Source of the DNA: Promethearchaeota archaeon
Lineage (GTDB): Archaea > Asgardarchaeota > Lokiarchaeia > Sigyniarchaeales > SOKP01
Direction of reading: 5' to 3'
Length of the DNA stretch: 64,000 bases
NCBI GenBank assembly: GCA_019058245.1
Contig: JAHPZJ010000019.1
Location: forward strand, 34,371 to 98,370
Shown: piece by piece, positions 9,511 through 20,427 of the stretch
Layout: each line of letters opens with the position of its first letter
How positions within the stretch are numbered: the stretch's first letter is position 1
The notes under the pieces: generated by a model
The model's input: the letters and a program-made list of their open reading frames with translations, nothing else
Database searches by the model: none
What the model was told of the DNA's origin: nothing
Made by a program: the position numbers and the translations under genes

Positions 9511-10779
9511 ATGTTCGCTAAAATTAAAAAAGGCTATAAGGAATATCCCAAAACATTTAAAGTGCTGACCTTCGCCACTTTCATTGACCAAATAGGGACT
9601 TTCTTATTATATCCTTTTTTTGCTCTGTATGTAACTGAACGTTTTGGTGTAGGAATGATAGAAGTAGGATACCTATATTCAATCTTTGCTTTGGGAAATA
9701 TATTTGGAAATATAATCGGAGGAGCCTTAGCTGATAAATATGGGCGTCGTGCAATGGTTTTAATTGGTTTAATTGTAAGTGGGATAGGAAGTATCTTAAT
9801 GGGATTAGCTAATAATTTAAACACTTTTTATATACTTGCAGCGTTTCTAGGTTTAATAGGCAATTTTGGAGGTCCCGCACGACAAGCAATGGTGCCAGAT
9901 TTACTTCCAAAAGAAAAACAAGCCGAAGGATTTGGAATCCTACGCGTTGCTTTTAATCTCTCAGCTGTGATTGGTCCTATATTGGGTGGATTTATGGCAA
10001 CCAGATCCTATATGTTATTATTTATTTCTGATGCAATAAGCAGTATTATTACTGCTATTATAGTGTTTATTGTCATTCCAGAAACTAAACCTCAAACTCA
10101 GGATGAAACTTCAAAAGAATCAGTCATGAAAACATTAATAGGATATAAAGATGTTGTAAAGGACTGGAAATTTATGATTTTCATTGCAGTATCAGCTATA
10201 ACAGTTTTAGTATATATGCAGATGAATGGTCCACTATCAGTTTTCTTAAGAGATGTTCATGGGTTTCCCCTAGAAAATTTTGCTTGGTTAGTGAGTATGA
10301 ATGCAATAATAGTTGTTGTTTTTCAATTCTGGATAACTAAAATGATTTCGAAATATGCTCCTATGAAAATGATGGCTTTTGGAACGATTTTTCTTATGAT
10401 TGGTTTTGGGATGTATGGGTTTGTCTCCGAACCATATATGTTTTTTGTTGCTATGGCTATTATCACAGTGGGTGAATGTATTGTATTCCCTCTTGGACAA
10501 AGTACAGCAGCAGCATTTGCTCCAGAAGATAAACGCGGAAGGTATATGGCTATGTTTGCTTTTCAGTGGATGATTCCAAATCTGTTTGGTGTTTTAGTTG
10601 CTGGATTAGTTATGGAATATATTGGACCAAACTGGTTATGGTATTTCGCTGCGCTTTTATCTCTTCTTTCAATAATTGGATTTTTATTACTTAATAGAAT
10701 TACTACAATACATATTCTTGAAGAAAAAGAGCCTATAAATGAAGAATTTACTGAAATGGCTGTTCCATCAATTGAATGA
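9511..10779 (+). CDS. MFS transporter
   Basis: GGALADKYGRR motif A; about 12 TMs; APEDKRGRY. Confidence 0.92.
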   Translation: MFAKIKKGYKEYPKTFKVLTFATFIDQIGTFLLYPFFALYVTERFGVGMIEVGYLYSIFALGNIFGNIIGGALADKYGRRAMVLIGLIVSGIGSILMGLANNLNTFYILAAFLGLIGNFGGPARQAMVPDLLPKEKQAEGFGILRVAFNLSAVIGPILGGFMATRSYMLLFISDAISSIITAIIVFIVIPETKPQTQDETSKESVMKTLIGYKDVVKDWKFMIFIAVSAITVLVYMQMNGPLSVFLRDVHGFPLENFAWLVSMNAIIVVVFQFWITKMISKYAPMKMMAFGTIFLMIGFGMYGFVSEPYMFFVAMAIITVGECIVFPLGQSTAAAFAPEDKRGRYMAMFAFQWMIPNLFGVLVAGLVMEYIGPNWLWYFAALLSLLSIIGFLLLNRITTIHILEEKEPINEEFTEMAVPSIE

Positions 10780-10853
10780 GAGATCTTTGATTTTTTGTTA
10801 TTAATTACTTAGCATTTATTAATATTCTAAAAATACAAATTTTTTATTTAAGA

Positions 10854-10875
10854 TCGTGAAACGCATCTTTCACGA
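10854..10875. repeat. Inverted repeat TCGTGAAA-N6-TTTCACGA (hairpin or operator)
   Basis: Perfect 8-bp arms in an otherwise AT-rich intergenic region. Confidence 0.5.
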
Positions 10876-11005
10876 AAAATTTTAAGGCAATTTTCTAATA
10901 TTTTGAATTATTCAAATGTTCGAAAAGTGCACCTTAATACTTTAAATATAAAGGAGATTCTAATTCTATAAATAATTTATTTAAATAAGATTTAAACATC
11001 AAATA

Positions 11006-11731
11006 ATGAATAGCAATATAATGAAATCCACTGTAATTAAAATTTACATATTACTTACTAGTTACTTCTTCGGTTTGTTAATATGGCCAAGCATTTCTTA
11101 CCATTTAAAGATATATGATCCTTTTGGTTGTATCTTTTTTAATTATCTATTATTATGTAGTATATTTTTTATTTTAGATCTTTATAGGATAAAGAATAAA
11201 AACCCCTTCAATTATATCATGAAATTTATTATTTTATTGGCATTTCTTATTGAAGGTATTGGGCTTCAAATTTCCTTACCAGAATTTAATTCAATGCTTT
11301 GTATGATACCATCGCTCTACGCTTATAATGGACTCAAGGTTGCTTTTGCGGCATCCGTTACTGGTGGATTATTCATATTTATTTATCTTATTTCTTCTCT
11401 TATATACCAGATAAAAAAATCTATAGAAAAACCTAAAAAATATCATGATATTCAAGAGAAGGATAGAAATCAGAAAGAAAGATTCATAATCCAAGATAAT
11501 TCCTTGTTTTATATCTCAATTAGTCTTTTATTTTTTCATATTTCATTCTTAATACCATCTATTTTTGAAAGTATAGGATGTAATGGAATTCCTGATAATT
11601 CAATACCACCAGTAGGCCTCTTTTGGATTTTTCCGGGAATATTTTCTATTATATATTTATTATTTCTTATGGTAAGAAGACTCAAAATTAGATTAGCTGA
11701 AAAAAGAGCTCTATTAATCTCTCATGATTAA
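11006..11731 (+). CDS. Hypothetical multi-pass membrane protein
   Basis: About 6 hydrophobic segments, several with Cys in loops; no family recognised. Confidence 0.6.
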   Translation: MNSNIMKSTVIKIYILLTSYFFGLLIWPSISYHLKIYDPFGCIFFNYLLLCSIFFILDLYRIKNKNPFNYIMKFIILLAFLIEGIGLQISLPEFNSMLCMIPSLYAYNGLKVAFAASVTGGLFIFIYLISSLIYQIKKSIEKPKKYHDIQEKDRNQKERFIIQDNSLFYISISLLFFHISFLIPSIFESIGCNGIPDNSIPPVGLFWIFPGIFSIIYLLFLMVRRLKIRLAEKRALLISHD

Positions 11732-12888
11732 TTCAGTTGATTTTCAATCTCAAATATTATTTTGAGATATTTATACTTAGAATTAAGTAATTTTAGAACT
11801 TTATCAACAAAAATTCTTAAATTCTCTGCTTGAATTTTCTTTTCATCTTTTTGTTCAAGTAAAAATTCATGAAGCATCTTTCTTGTCTCACTAGGACCAT
11901 TTTCCTTAAAAAATTTCATCCAGTGAATTGAAATATTACATATTTTTTTTATATTCTTATTTGAATACTCATTTATATCAAGGATTTTCTCATGATATTT
12001 ATTTATAGCATAACTAACCCTTTCTAAATAATCGGCAGTACCCAATGAATATCTACATAAACTGATTAGATTTGAGGTGATTCTAGAGCTCCTAGTATTA
12101 GTTGCAGCTTCAAAGGACTCCCATATTTCATTCATTTCTTTATTTTTTCTATTTGCTAAATCGGAATTATATAAGGCTACATTCATGATATCACTAAGAT
12201 CAACATCATGTCCCCTTTTTAGTTTTTTATTAAAAATTTCTTTCAATCCCGTTCCTTCAAGATAACTTCCTGCTCCAAAGTCAAGTAACTGATTTAAATT
12301 GTTTGCAGCACACAGCTCCTCATATCTTACCTCTCCCGTATCAGGATTAGTCCATTGAACTTGTTTCTCAAACTCACCAGTTTCTTTATTCTTAACCCAT
12401 CCACACTCTTTTAAAGCATGATCTAAAACACCAACTTCAAAACACCAAAAGTCTATATCATCTGTAAAGCGTTTTCTTCTCCAATCTCTTGAAGTATATT
12501 TTCCTAAATATAATTTTAAAGTACCTCGAACTATAGCTTTCTTTCCTTCTTTTAATGCTTTTTTAGCACTATCACAATATGGATTAAGTGAATCTTCGGA
12601 ACACGTGATAATATGATTTAAAACTTTCCTAGCTTCACCTGCAACGATATCACAAGGAATATTCCCATCCGAAGGATACATTCTAGATCCTCCATCTAAG
12701 TATTTTTTAAATAACTTTAATTCATCTTCAGGTATCTTATACCAAGGATTATTAAACATTAACTTACTGAACACATAGTGAGTGAAACCATTTTCATCTA
12801 ATCTTGTTTTTTCTGGTAAGGGTGAGACATCTCTTAGATTATCTCCTTTTTGCTGAGTATCAGCTTTAATATCCCAAATTGATGTCAT
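11728..12888 (-). CDS. Putative AbiEii/DUF1814-like nucleotidyltransferase
   Basis: RGTLKLYL...RKRFTDDIDF resembles the GGTAL...RFSxDLDF motif; EIFNKKLKRGHDVDLSDI resembles the C-terminal K...R..xDxxD motif. Confidence 0.55.
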   Translation of the reverse strand: MTSIWDIKADTQQKGDNLRDVSPLPEKTRLDENGFTHYVFSKLMFNNPWYKIPEDELKLFKKYLDGGSRMYPSDGNIPCDIVAGEARKVLNHIITCSEDSLNPYCDSAKKALKEGKKAIVRGTLKLYLGKYTSRDWRRKRFTDDIDFWCFEVGVLDHALKECGWVKNKETGEFEKQVQWTNPDTGEVRYEELCAANNLNQLLDFGAGSYLEGTGLKEIFNKKLKRGHDVDLSDIMNVALYNSDLANRKNKEMNEIWESFEAATNTRSSRITSNLISLCRYSLGTADYLERVSYAINKYHEKILDINEYSNKNIKKICNISIHWMKFFKENGPSETRKMLHEFLLEQKDEKKIQAENLRIFVDKVLKLLNSKYKYLKIIFEIENQLN

Positions 12889-12974
12889 ACGAGATATTAT
12901 ATTGAATGTTGCTTTTAAAAATTATTAATTTAAAATATAAAATTTATTTTAAATCTAAACCCTATTGATAATAT

Positions 12975-13658
12975 ATGAACAGTTTTTTTCGCATATTTAC
13001 TCTCACTCCTTGGGATTCGCTTAATTTAAAAACTCTAACTGAAGTAAAATTATATTCATTGAAAAACATATTTAAAACCTTTCCCGTAATTGAACCTGAG
13101 TTTTTCGATGATCTCCTTTCAAATCTGTACAAATTTGATCATTACTCCTTGATTGAAAGCATCAAACGAATTGTTGGTCCTGAGAATGAGGATTATGATA
13201 TAGAACCATGGAATTTTATATGGGGAATGGATAATGAAAGAAGAATCTTTCAATTTTTATTTCAAAGAGTTAAAAATGAAATTAAAGGATCTCAAGCAAC
13301 ATTAGTAGCATTAGCTCCTCCAGAATTAGGAACATTATTTGCTCAATATAAAAAAGAAGCACTCCATAGGACTTTATCTCTTCTAAATAATCCAAAAAAC
13401 ATGAAATTTTTGCTAGTTTTATCACCTAAAGGAAAATCTGTTGCCGAAAAGCAGCAATTGCTTCATATAAGTAAGAAAGAATTAGAAAAATTTAAATTTA
13501 AAGAAAAGCTCAAACAAATGCCAAATATTAAAGGAGAGTGGGTTGTAACTCGTTCCCCAAGGTGTTCCAACTGCGGAAAAGAATTTCCAGAGATAAAGGC
13601 TTTGAACGTGTGGTCTTTTAAATTTAAATGTCCATATTGCGGACATCAGAATAAATAA
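12975..13658 (+). CDS. Hypothetical protein with C-terminal zinc ribbon
   Basis: CSNC...CPYCG at the C-terminus. Confidence 0.7.
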   Translation: MNSFFRIFTLTPWDSLNLKTLTEVKLYSLKNIFKTFPVIEPEFFDDLLSNLYKFDHYSLIESIKRIVGPENEDYDIEPWNFIWGMDNERRIFQFLFQRVKNEIKGSQATLVALAPPELGTLFAQYKKEALHRTLSLLNNPKNMKFLLVLSPKGKSVAEKQQLLHISKKELEKFKFKEKLKQMPNIKGEWVVTRSPRCSNCGKEFPEIKALNVWSFKFKCPYCGHQNK

Positions 13659-13756
13659 AAATACTTATTTTTCAGATAAAAAATTAAAAATAATTTTTAT
13701 TGAATCGTACGATATATAATTTATTAAAAAAAAATATAATTGGAGCTAAATTAGAA

Positions 13757-15292
13757 ATGTTTGTAGCTGCTTTAGATTTAGGAACAACCGGATGTAGAAC
13801 TTTTATTTTTGATTTAGCAGGTACGATTATTGCTAGTGATTATCAAGAATGGCGGAGTTTTTATCCATCACCCTCATTTGTTGAACAAGATGCCAATGCG
13901 TGGTGGGAATCTATTAAAACAACAATTGAAAAGGCAATAAAAAAAAGTGGAATTGATAAAACTGAGATTGTAAGTCTTTCGGTAACAAATCAGAGGGAAA
14001 CAATTGTTCCTGTAGATAAAGATGGTAATCCGCTTCATAATGCTTTAGTATGGCAGGATAGAAGGACAGTAAATCAGGTGGAATATATTAAAGCTAAAAT
14101 TGGGATTGATAAGATTTATAAAACAACAGGATTAACAATTGATCCATATTTTTCAGCCACAAAAATACTTTGGTTTAAAGATAAGAAACCTGAAATCTAT
14201 CAAAAAACTCATAAATTCTTACTTGTCTCGGATTTCATTATTTATAAATTAACAGGGAAATTCTGTACAGATTACTCAAATGCCTCAAGAACAATGCTAT
14301 TTGATATTAATAACTTAAAATATTCTGAAGAAATTGCATCGGAAATGGAGATAGACTTAGATAAAATGCCAGACACATTTGAAAGCGGAGTTGATATTGG
14401 AGAAATTGTTACCGAAGAAACTTTATTTGATAAAAAAACATTAGTAGTAACTGGTGCAGGAGATCAACAATCAGCCGCTTTGGGAGTAGGAGTAGTATCT
14501 CCCGGTGAAATTAAATGCACAACTGGAACTGGTAGTTTTATTCTAGCTTATTTAAAACAACCCAAATTTGATCCCGAGAAACGTGTCTTATGTAGTTGTC
14601 ATGCAGTTCCTGGTGCATGGATTCAAGAAGCTAGTATTTTTACGACTGGAGCAGTACTTAGATGGTTTCGAGATGAATTAGGACTAGCAGAGTGTCAAGC
14701 TGCTCAAGAAGGCCAAGATCCTTATGAAATAATTTCCTCTGAGGCAGAAAATTCGTCAATTGGAGCAAATGGAATACTTCTCATACCCCATTTCGTTGGA
14801 GCTGGAGCTCCTCATTGGAATCCGTTTGCAAAAGGCTTAGTGTTTGGTTTATCTTTAGGCCATGAAAGAAAAGATCTATATAGGGCAGTACTCGAGGGTG
14901 TAGCCTATGAAATTAGAAAAAACATCGAAGTTTTTAAAAATCTAGGGATTGAACCAAAAGAATTAATGTTAACAGGGGGAGGATCTCGATCTGATTTTTG
15001 GAATCAGATTTATGCTGATGTACTCGGTATTACATGTGTTCGAAATATCATAGAAGAATCAACTTCATTAGGTGCTGCGATTTTAGCTGCATCGGGAGCT
15101 GGGCTTTTTCCAGATATTGCAAAAGCCGCTGAAAATTTATGTAAAGTCGATAAAAAGTGGCTTCCTAATGATAATCGACATAAACAATATGAGAAATTCT
15201 ATAATTTGTCTTATGAAATTTATAATATCTTGAATAGTAAAAGTATATACAAGAAATTCAATGATCTTACTTTACCTAAAGACTCTGAATAA
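13757..15292 (+). CDS. FGGY-family carbohydrate kinase (xylulokinase/glycerol kinase-like)
   Basis: ALDLGTTG, TNQRET, WQDRRT, SNASRT, GAGDQQ, TGGGSRS. ATG at 13757 preferred over TTG at 13700. Confidence 0.93.
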   Translation: MFVAALDLGTTGCRTFIFDLAGTIIASDYQEWRSFYPSPSFVEQDANAWWESIKTTIEKAIKKSGIDKTEIVSLSVTNQRETIVPVDKDGNPLHNALVWQDRRTVNQVEYIKAKIGIDKIYKTTGLTIDPYFSATKILWFKDKKPEIYQKTHKFLLVSDFIIYKLTGKFCTDYSNASRTMLFDINNLKYSEEIASEMEIDLDKMPDTFESGVDIGEIVTEETLFDKKTLVVTGAGDQQSAALGVGVVSPGEIKCTTGTGSFILAYLKQPKFDPEKRVLCSCHAVPGAWIQEASIFTTGAVLRWFRDELGLAECQAAQEGQDPYEIISSEAENSSIGANGILLIPHFVGAGAPHWNPFAKGLVFGLSLGHERKDLYRAVLEGVAYEIRKNIEVFKNLGIEPKELMLTGGGSRSDFWNQIYADVLGITCVRNIIEESTSLGAAILAASGAGLFPDIAKAAENLCKVDKKWLPNDNRHKQYEKFYNLSYEIYNILNSKSIYKKFNDLTLPKDSE

Positions 15293-15469
15293 AAATTAGA
15301 ATTTATATCATAATACTCAATTTTATATATTTTAAATGTTATTTTTTCTATAATCAAAATTACTCGGTATTATATAGAGCAAATTTCTTTTTATAATGCT
15401 GAAACCAGTTGAGTAGAAAAAGAAATAGTACAAATCGACACTATAAAAAAAAAATAAAATGTGAAAAAA

Positions 15470-16078
15470 ATGGAAAATAATTCTACAAGTATTGTAAAAG
15501 AGTATAGTAAAAACCAAAGAATAGTAGCTTTAGTATTTTATATCCTAATTGTTAGTGCGAGTTTAATTACTATTTTAGGAGTTATATGGACTCTAGCGGA
15601 CATATTTATCGGAACTACTGGTAAATTTGAGCAATTTATATCTCTAAACTTAGGATATCAAATAGCTATTATTGGTGGACTTTTGGCAGGATTATTTTTT
15701 ATATTAATTTTCTTTTTTGGGTTATTTAAAAGAACTTCGAAATCATTGATTAATTTTATTTATAAAAAAAGAGAGCTTGAGGAAAAATACAAAAATCGTA
15801 TTGATGTCAAAATTGCGGTAGCAGGATTATTAGTAAGTCTAATAGGTATCATAATTGGTTTAATATTTGCAATTATTCTTGAGATTTTGAGTTTTTCCAC
15901 TGGAGAATCTTCCAGCCTTCTAACTATTTTTGGTAGTACAGGACCTTGGGTTTTATTCATTGGTGCGGGAATATTTTTATGTATTGGGATTGCTCTTTTT
16001 ATGATTTACTTCTGGAAGAATGGAAAATTTACTATTTTGAGACTTATTGGAGCTATTGAGAAGGAAAGTAAAGATTGA
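15470..16078 (+). CDS. Hypothetical 4-TM membrane protein with internal two-fold repeat
   Basis: Two helical-hairpin halves with similar Gly/aromatic/basic pattern; ATG at 15470. Confidence 0.65.
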   Translation: MENNSTSIVKEYSKNQRIVALVFYILIVSASLITILGVIWTLADIFIGTTGKFEQFISLNLGYQIAIIGGLLAGLFFILIFFFGLFKRTSKSLINFIYKKRELEEKYKNRIDVKIAVAGLLVSLIGIIIGLIFAIILEILSFSTGESSSLLTIFGSTGPWVLFIGAGIFLCIGIALFMIYFWKNGKFTILRLIGAIEKESKD

Positions 16079-16224
16079 GTGCCAAAAAAAGCTAGATAAG
16101 AAAAATATCCATTAATTATAATTAAATCAGAAATTTTTTGCTCTTATATTTTTTTTATTTTATATTATCATCAAATTAATTTAATGTAAAAATTTACTCA
16201 ATTTATCTATGCCGATTTGATTTT

Positions 16225-17751
16225 ATGGCAATTAAAGTTGGAACTGTATTTAATTACTTACAATTACCTAATGTATCTAAATTTGCATTTGTTATTAATA
16301 AAAGACAAGATGGTACCCTTATACAAAAAGGATTATTTGTCTATACAAATTCGAGTGAAGGATTCTTAATTGGAACGATTGAAGAGATTGTCTTATTGAA
16401 TGAGTATTTTGCTGATGCTCTTACAATCAAAGCGTTTAACAATAATAATAATCCTAACATCCTTAAAGGTCTTTTTCCCAGTGATGATTTTGAATTTGCA
16501 ATTGCGATAGTGAAATGCCTAGGGCTGATAATATTTAAGGATAAAGACAATCAAGAAATTGTAAGAGTTCAACGAATGAGTTATCCTGCGAGTCCAGGAA
16601 AAGAAGTATATATGGTAGAGGAAGAAGTTCTTAATAAGTTCTTAGGATTCGATAGTAAAGCTGGTTTAAATTTAGGACGAGTGAAGGTAACAAATTCTGA
16701 AGCACTAGTCAATATGAATAGATTGCTAAATAAGCATTTTGCTATTCTTTCAATCTCAGGAGGTGGTAAGAGTTACCTTACATCAGTACTTATCGAAGAA
16801 TTACTGATAAGAAATAAGGATTTTGGAACACCTTCCATAATTTTATTTGATGTACATGGAGAATATTTGTATTTAAAAGATATTCCTAAGTTTAAAGACA
16901 GAGTGAAAATTCAAGATATCTCATACTTTCAAATAGGAGTACCTAAATTATCCGCCTATTCTTTCAAAAAATATCAAGAACAAATTTCATCAGTTCAATT
17001 AAGAGAACTCTCTAAATATATAAAAAAATTGAGGAAAGAAAAACAAAAGAAAAATCAATATTCTTTAACTGATATAATTAAAGTTGTTGAAGAAGAAACT
17101 GATGGAAACAAGAGTACAAAACAAGCATTAATAGGGTGGCTCTCAGAATTGGAACGATTGACTCTCTTTGGATCTCAGGAGAATCCTTCATTAGATAAAG
17201 TAGTGAATAATCAAGAAATCACTATTTTTAACTTTCAGAAAGAAGTGAGTATTAGAAAAAAGCAAATTATTGTTGATTATATTTGCAACCGTCTATTTAA
17301 TCTCCGAAGAAATGACAATATAGCCCCATTTTTGCTCGTTGTAGAAGAGGCTCATCAATTCTGCCCAGAGGCAGCCCATTCCAAAGCCATCTCCAAACCT
17401 ATTATAGAAATGCTTGCTCGAGAGGGAAGAAAATTTATGGCATGCTTATGTTTAATTAGTCAGAGACCAAAAAAGTTGAGTACAACTGCATTATCTCAAT
17501 GCAATTCAAAATTAGTATTAAGTATTAAAAATCCATATGATTTAAAACATCTAATGGATAGTTCAGAAGCGATAACTAAAGAATACGCTAATATAATTTC
17601 AAGCTTGGGCGTTGGAGAAATGTTGTTGATGGGAAATGCAGTAAATTATCCTGTGTTCATTGATGTGAGAAAGAGAAAATTTAAATTAAGGGATGAAGCG
17701 AAATCTTTAGCCCAATTCTGTTTAGATTGGCAAAAAAAAGAATTAATATAA
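16225..17751 (+). CDS. herA: HerA/FtsK-family ATPase (HerA helicase-like, N-terminal HAS barrel)
   Basis: KHFAILSISGGGKSY (Walker A), LFDVHGEY, VVEEAHQFCP (Walker B), AREGRKF, SQRP, SQCN, LGVGE. Confidence 0.88.
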   Translation: MAIKVGTVFNYLQLPNVSKFAFVINKRQDGTLIQKGLFVYTNSSEGFLIGTIEEIVLLNEYFADALTIKAFNNNNNPNILKGLFPSDDFEFAIAIVKCLGLIIFKDKDNQEIVRVQRMSYPASPGKEVYMVEEEVLNKFLGFDSKAGLNLGRVKVTNSEALVNMNRLLNKHFAILSISGGGKSYLTSVLIEELLIRNKDFGTPSIILFDVHGEYLYLKDIPKFKDRVKIQDISYFQIGVPKLSAYSFKKYQEQISSVQLRELSKYIKKLRKEKQKKNQYSLTDIIKVVEEETDGNKSTKQALIGWLSELERLTLFGSQENPSLDKVVNNQEITIFNFQKEVSIRKKQIIVDYICNRLFNLRRNDNIAPFLLVVEEAHQFCPEAAHSKAISKPIIEMLAREGRKFMACLCLISQRPKKLSTTALSQCNSKLVLSIKNPYDLKHLMDSSEAITKEYANIISSLGVGEMLLMGNAVNYPVFIDVRKRKFKLRDEAKSLAQFCLDWQKKELI

Positions 17752-18015
17752 ATCTGTAACTAAACCTTCTCTTAGAGCTTGATTATTTTTATTAAGAACA
17801 ATCATGTTCTTGTTTTTTGAAACACGAAATACATTAATTATTGCCATACTCTCCAACTTCATAAATAATTCTTCTAAAATTAATGAATTTACAAAAGGAA
17901 ATTCTTTTTTGAGAAGTTCCTCCAATCTTTTATCCAATATTTCTCCTTTATTTTTGATTAAAATATCGATTATAGAATTCATTACTGGTTTTTGATTCCA
18001 ACGATGAGATTCGAT
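17743..18015 (-). CDS. Small winged-helix protein downstream of Cdc48; probable ATC start at 18015
   Basis: Helix-helix-helix plus wing pattern (LFMKLESMAIINVFRV); frame open to an ATC 6 nt after AGGTGA. Confidence 0.6.
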   Translation of the reverse strand: MESHRWNQKPVMNSIIDILIKNKGEILDKRLEELLKKEFPFVNSLILEELFMKLESMAIINVFRVSKNKNMIVLNKNNQALREGLVTDLY

Positions 18016-18100
18016 TTTATGTCACCTATTATAATACATATAAAAATAGAATACAATAATGAAGAATATCTTTTTTCTAATTAATTTTTGCTATTTTATT

Positions 18101-20332
18101 TTATACAAATAATCTATCTTCTTTAGATTCTTCAATTCTTCGACTCTTAAGTTTATCACCAAATTCCTCATACCATTGGATTACTTCTTTAGTTAAAGTG
18201 GGATTCAATGATTTTCTTGCTTCATTAAAATGCTCTAATGATACTACTCTCGCCCTTATATTTTCTCTTAAAGCAATCATAGCCGCCTCTCGACACCAAG
18301 TTTCAATATCTGCCCCAGAAAAACCCTGAATTGTATCATTTAACTCTTCTAAATTTATGTTACTTGCCAAAGGCATTTCTTTTGTAAATATTTTTAAAAT
18401 TTCAAGTCTTCCTTTTTCTTCCGGTACAGGGACCAATAATATCCGATCAATTCTACCAGGTCTTATTAATGCGGGATCTAAGATATCGGGACGATTTGTT
18501 GCCGCGATTACAACAATATCTTTCATAATTTCTAAACCGTCTAACTCTGTTAAAAATTGAGATAACACTTTTTCTGTTACTCCGGAATCAGATGTATGTC
18601 TGCCTCTACTTGGAGCAATCGAATCAAATTCATCAAAAAAGATAATACAAGGAGATGCCATTTTTGCTTTGCGAAATACTTCTCTTATTGCTTTTTCAGA
18701 TTCACCGACCCATTTTGATAAGAGTTCTGGCCCTTTAATTGATATAAAATTTGCTTTACTTTCAGTTGCTACAGCTCTTGCTAATAGTGTTTTACCACAA
18801 CCAGGAGGACCATAAAGTAGAATTCCTTTTGGAGGAGTAATTCCCATACGACTAAAGATATTTGGATGTGATATTGGCCATTCAACTGCTTCTATTAACT
18901 TTTGTTTTAAGTCATCAAGTCCACCCACTCTTTCCCATGGAACATTAGGAACTTCCACAAAGACTTCTCTTATTCCAGAAGGTAAAACTTCTTTTAACGC
19001 TTCTTCAAAATCATCTTTGGTCACTTCAATTTGTTCCAATAATTCTGGGTCAATTATTTCTGATTCCAAGTCAATTTTAGGTAAATAACGTCGTAAAGCA
19101 GACATGGCAGCTTCTCGACACACGGCAGAAATATCAGCCCCTACAAAACCATGAGTTATTTGAGAAAATTCTTTCAATGATATTTTCTTATCAAGGGGCA
19201 TGTTTCGAGTATGAATCTGAAATATTTCTCTTCTGCCTTTTTCATTTGGTACTTTTATTTCTATTTCACGATCAAATCTTCCAGGACGTCTTAAAGCTTC
19301 ATCTAAGCTATTAGGTCTATTGGTTGCCCCAATTACAATTACTTTACCCCTCCCATGCAATCCATCCATTAATGCTAATAATTGAGCAACAACTCTCCGT
19401 TCAACTTCTCCAGTTACAGTTTCTCTTTTTGGGGCAATAGCATCAATCTCATCTATAAATATAATAGCAGGACTTTTTTCTTCTGCTTCAATGAAAATTT
19501 TTCTCAATTTTTTTTCTGATTCTCCATAAAACTTACTCATAATTTCTGGACCATTTATTGAAATGAAATGTGCTTCACTTTCATTTGCTACAGCTTTTGC
19601 TAATAGAGTCTTCCCACATCCAGGTGGACCTCTTAATAGAACTCCTTTTGGAGGGTCAATGCCTAAACGTTTAAATAGAGAAGGATGTCTAAGTGGTAAT
19701 TCTACCATTTCTCTTACTCTCTGAATCTCTTTATCTAATCCACCAACATCTTCATATGAGATGTATTTAATCCCTGTATCGACCTCCTCTGTGATCCTTT
19801 CGCTAATATTGAGTAAGGTGTCTGGTTTTATGATACAAACCCCACTAGGTCTTATATTTATTACTTTAAATGTTATTTCTCGACTAATGCCAATTGATAT
19901 GAAGATAAAATCATCAAGCGTTACTGGATAATTATTTAATTTTCTTTTTACAAAACTTTCAAATCTAGGATTATTTTTAATAGGAAAATTTGACGGCGCC
20001 AATACGATATTTTGAGCGACTACAGCATTCACTTTTCTTATTTCAATAGTATCATCGATTCTAGTTCCTGTATTTTTTTGCAGTCTAGAATCCACTCGTA
20101 CAATCCCTAATCCATTATCTTGTGGATAACTTGGCCATGCAATCCCAGCACTCTCTTTTTTACCATTGACTGCAATAACATCCCCAGTCTGAATTTTAAG
20201 CTTTTCCATTGTTTTAGGATCAATTCTAACAATATTACGCCCAATGTCTCTTTTTTTAGCCTTTTGTACTCTTAAATTCACACTAGGGCTATCATCATCC
20301 TTATCCTTCTCAGTATTACCTTTCGATGACAT
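18101..20332 (-). CDS. cdc48: CDC48/VAT (p97) AAA+ ATPase
   Basis: N domain ([10 protein letters not shown]); two AAA modules (GPPGCGKT twice; IDEID / FDEFD; RPGRFD / RPGRID). Confidence 0.97.
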   Translation of the reverse strand: MSSKGNTEKDKDDDSPSVNLRVQKAKKRDIGRNIVRIDPKTMEKLKIQTGDVIAVNGKKESAGIAWPSYPQDNGLGIVRVDSRLQKNTGTRIDDTIEIRKVNAVVAQNIVLAPSNFPIKNNPRFESFVKRKLNNYPVTLDDFIFISIGISREITFKVINIRPSGVCIIKPDTLLNISERITEEVDTGIKYISYEDVGGLDKEIQRVREMVELPLRHPSLFKRLGIDPPKGVLLRGPPGCGKTLLAKAVANESEAHFISINGPEIMSKFYGESEKKLRKIFIEAEEKSPAIIFIDEIDAIAPKRETVTGEVERRVVAQLLALMDGLHGRGKVIVIGATNRPNSLDEALRRPGRFDREIEIKVPNEKGRREIFQIHTRNMPLDKKISLKEFSQITHGFVGADISAVCREAAMSALRRYLPKIDLESEIIDPELLEQIEVTKDDFEEALKEVLPSGIREVFVEVPNVPWERVGGLDDLKQKLIEAVEWPISHPNIFSRMGITPPKGILLYGPPGCGKTLLARAVATESKANFISIKGPELLSKWVGESEKAIREVFRKAKMASPCIIFFDEFDSIAPSRGRHTSDSGVTEKVLSQFLTELDGLEIMKDIVVIAATNRPDILDPALIRPGRIDRILLVPVPEEKGRLEILKIFTKEMPLASNINLEELNDTIQGFSGADIETWCREAAMIALRENIRARVVSLEHFNEARKSLNPTLTKEVIQWYEEFGDKLKSRRIEESKEDRLFV

Positions 20333-20427
20333 AATAAATTGACTCTAATTTTATTATTTTAGTATACTATTAAGTAATCTTAATTTCGTAAAAATTTTTC
20401 CTTTTTTTTTTATAAGATATCATAACT

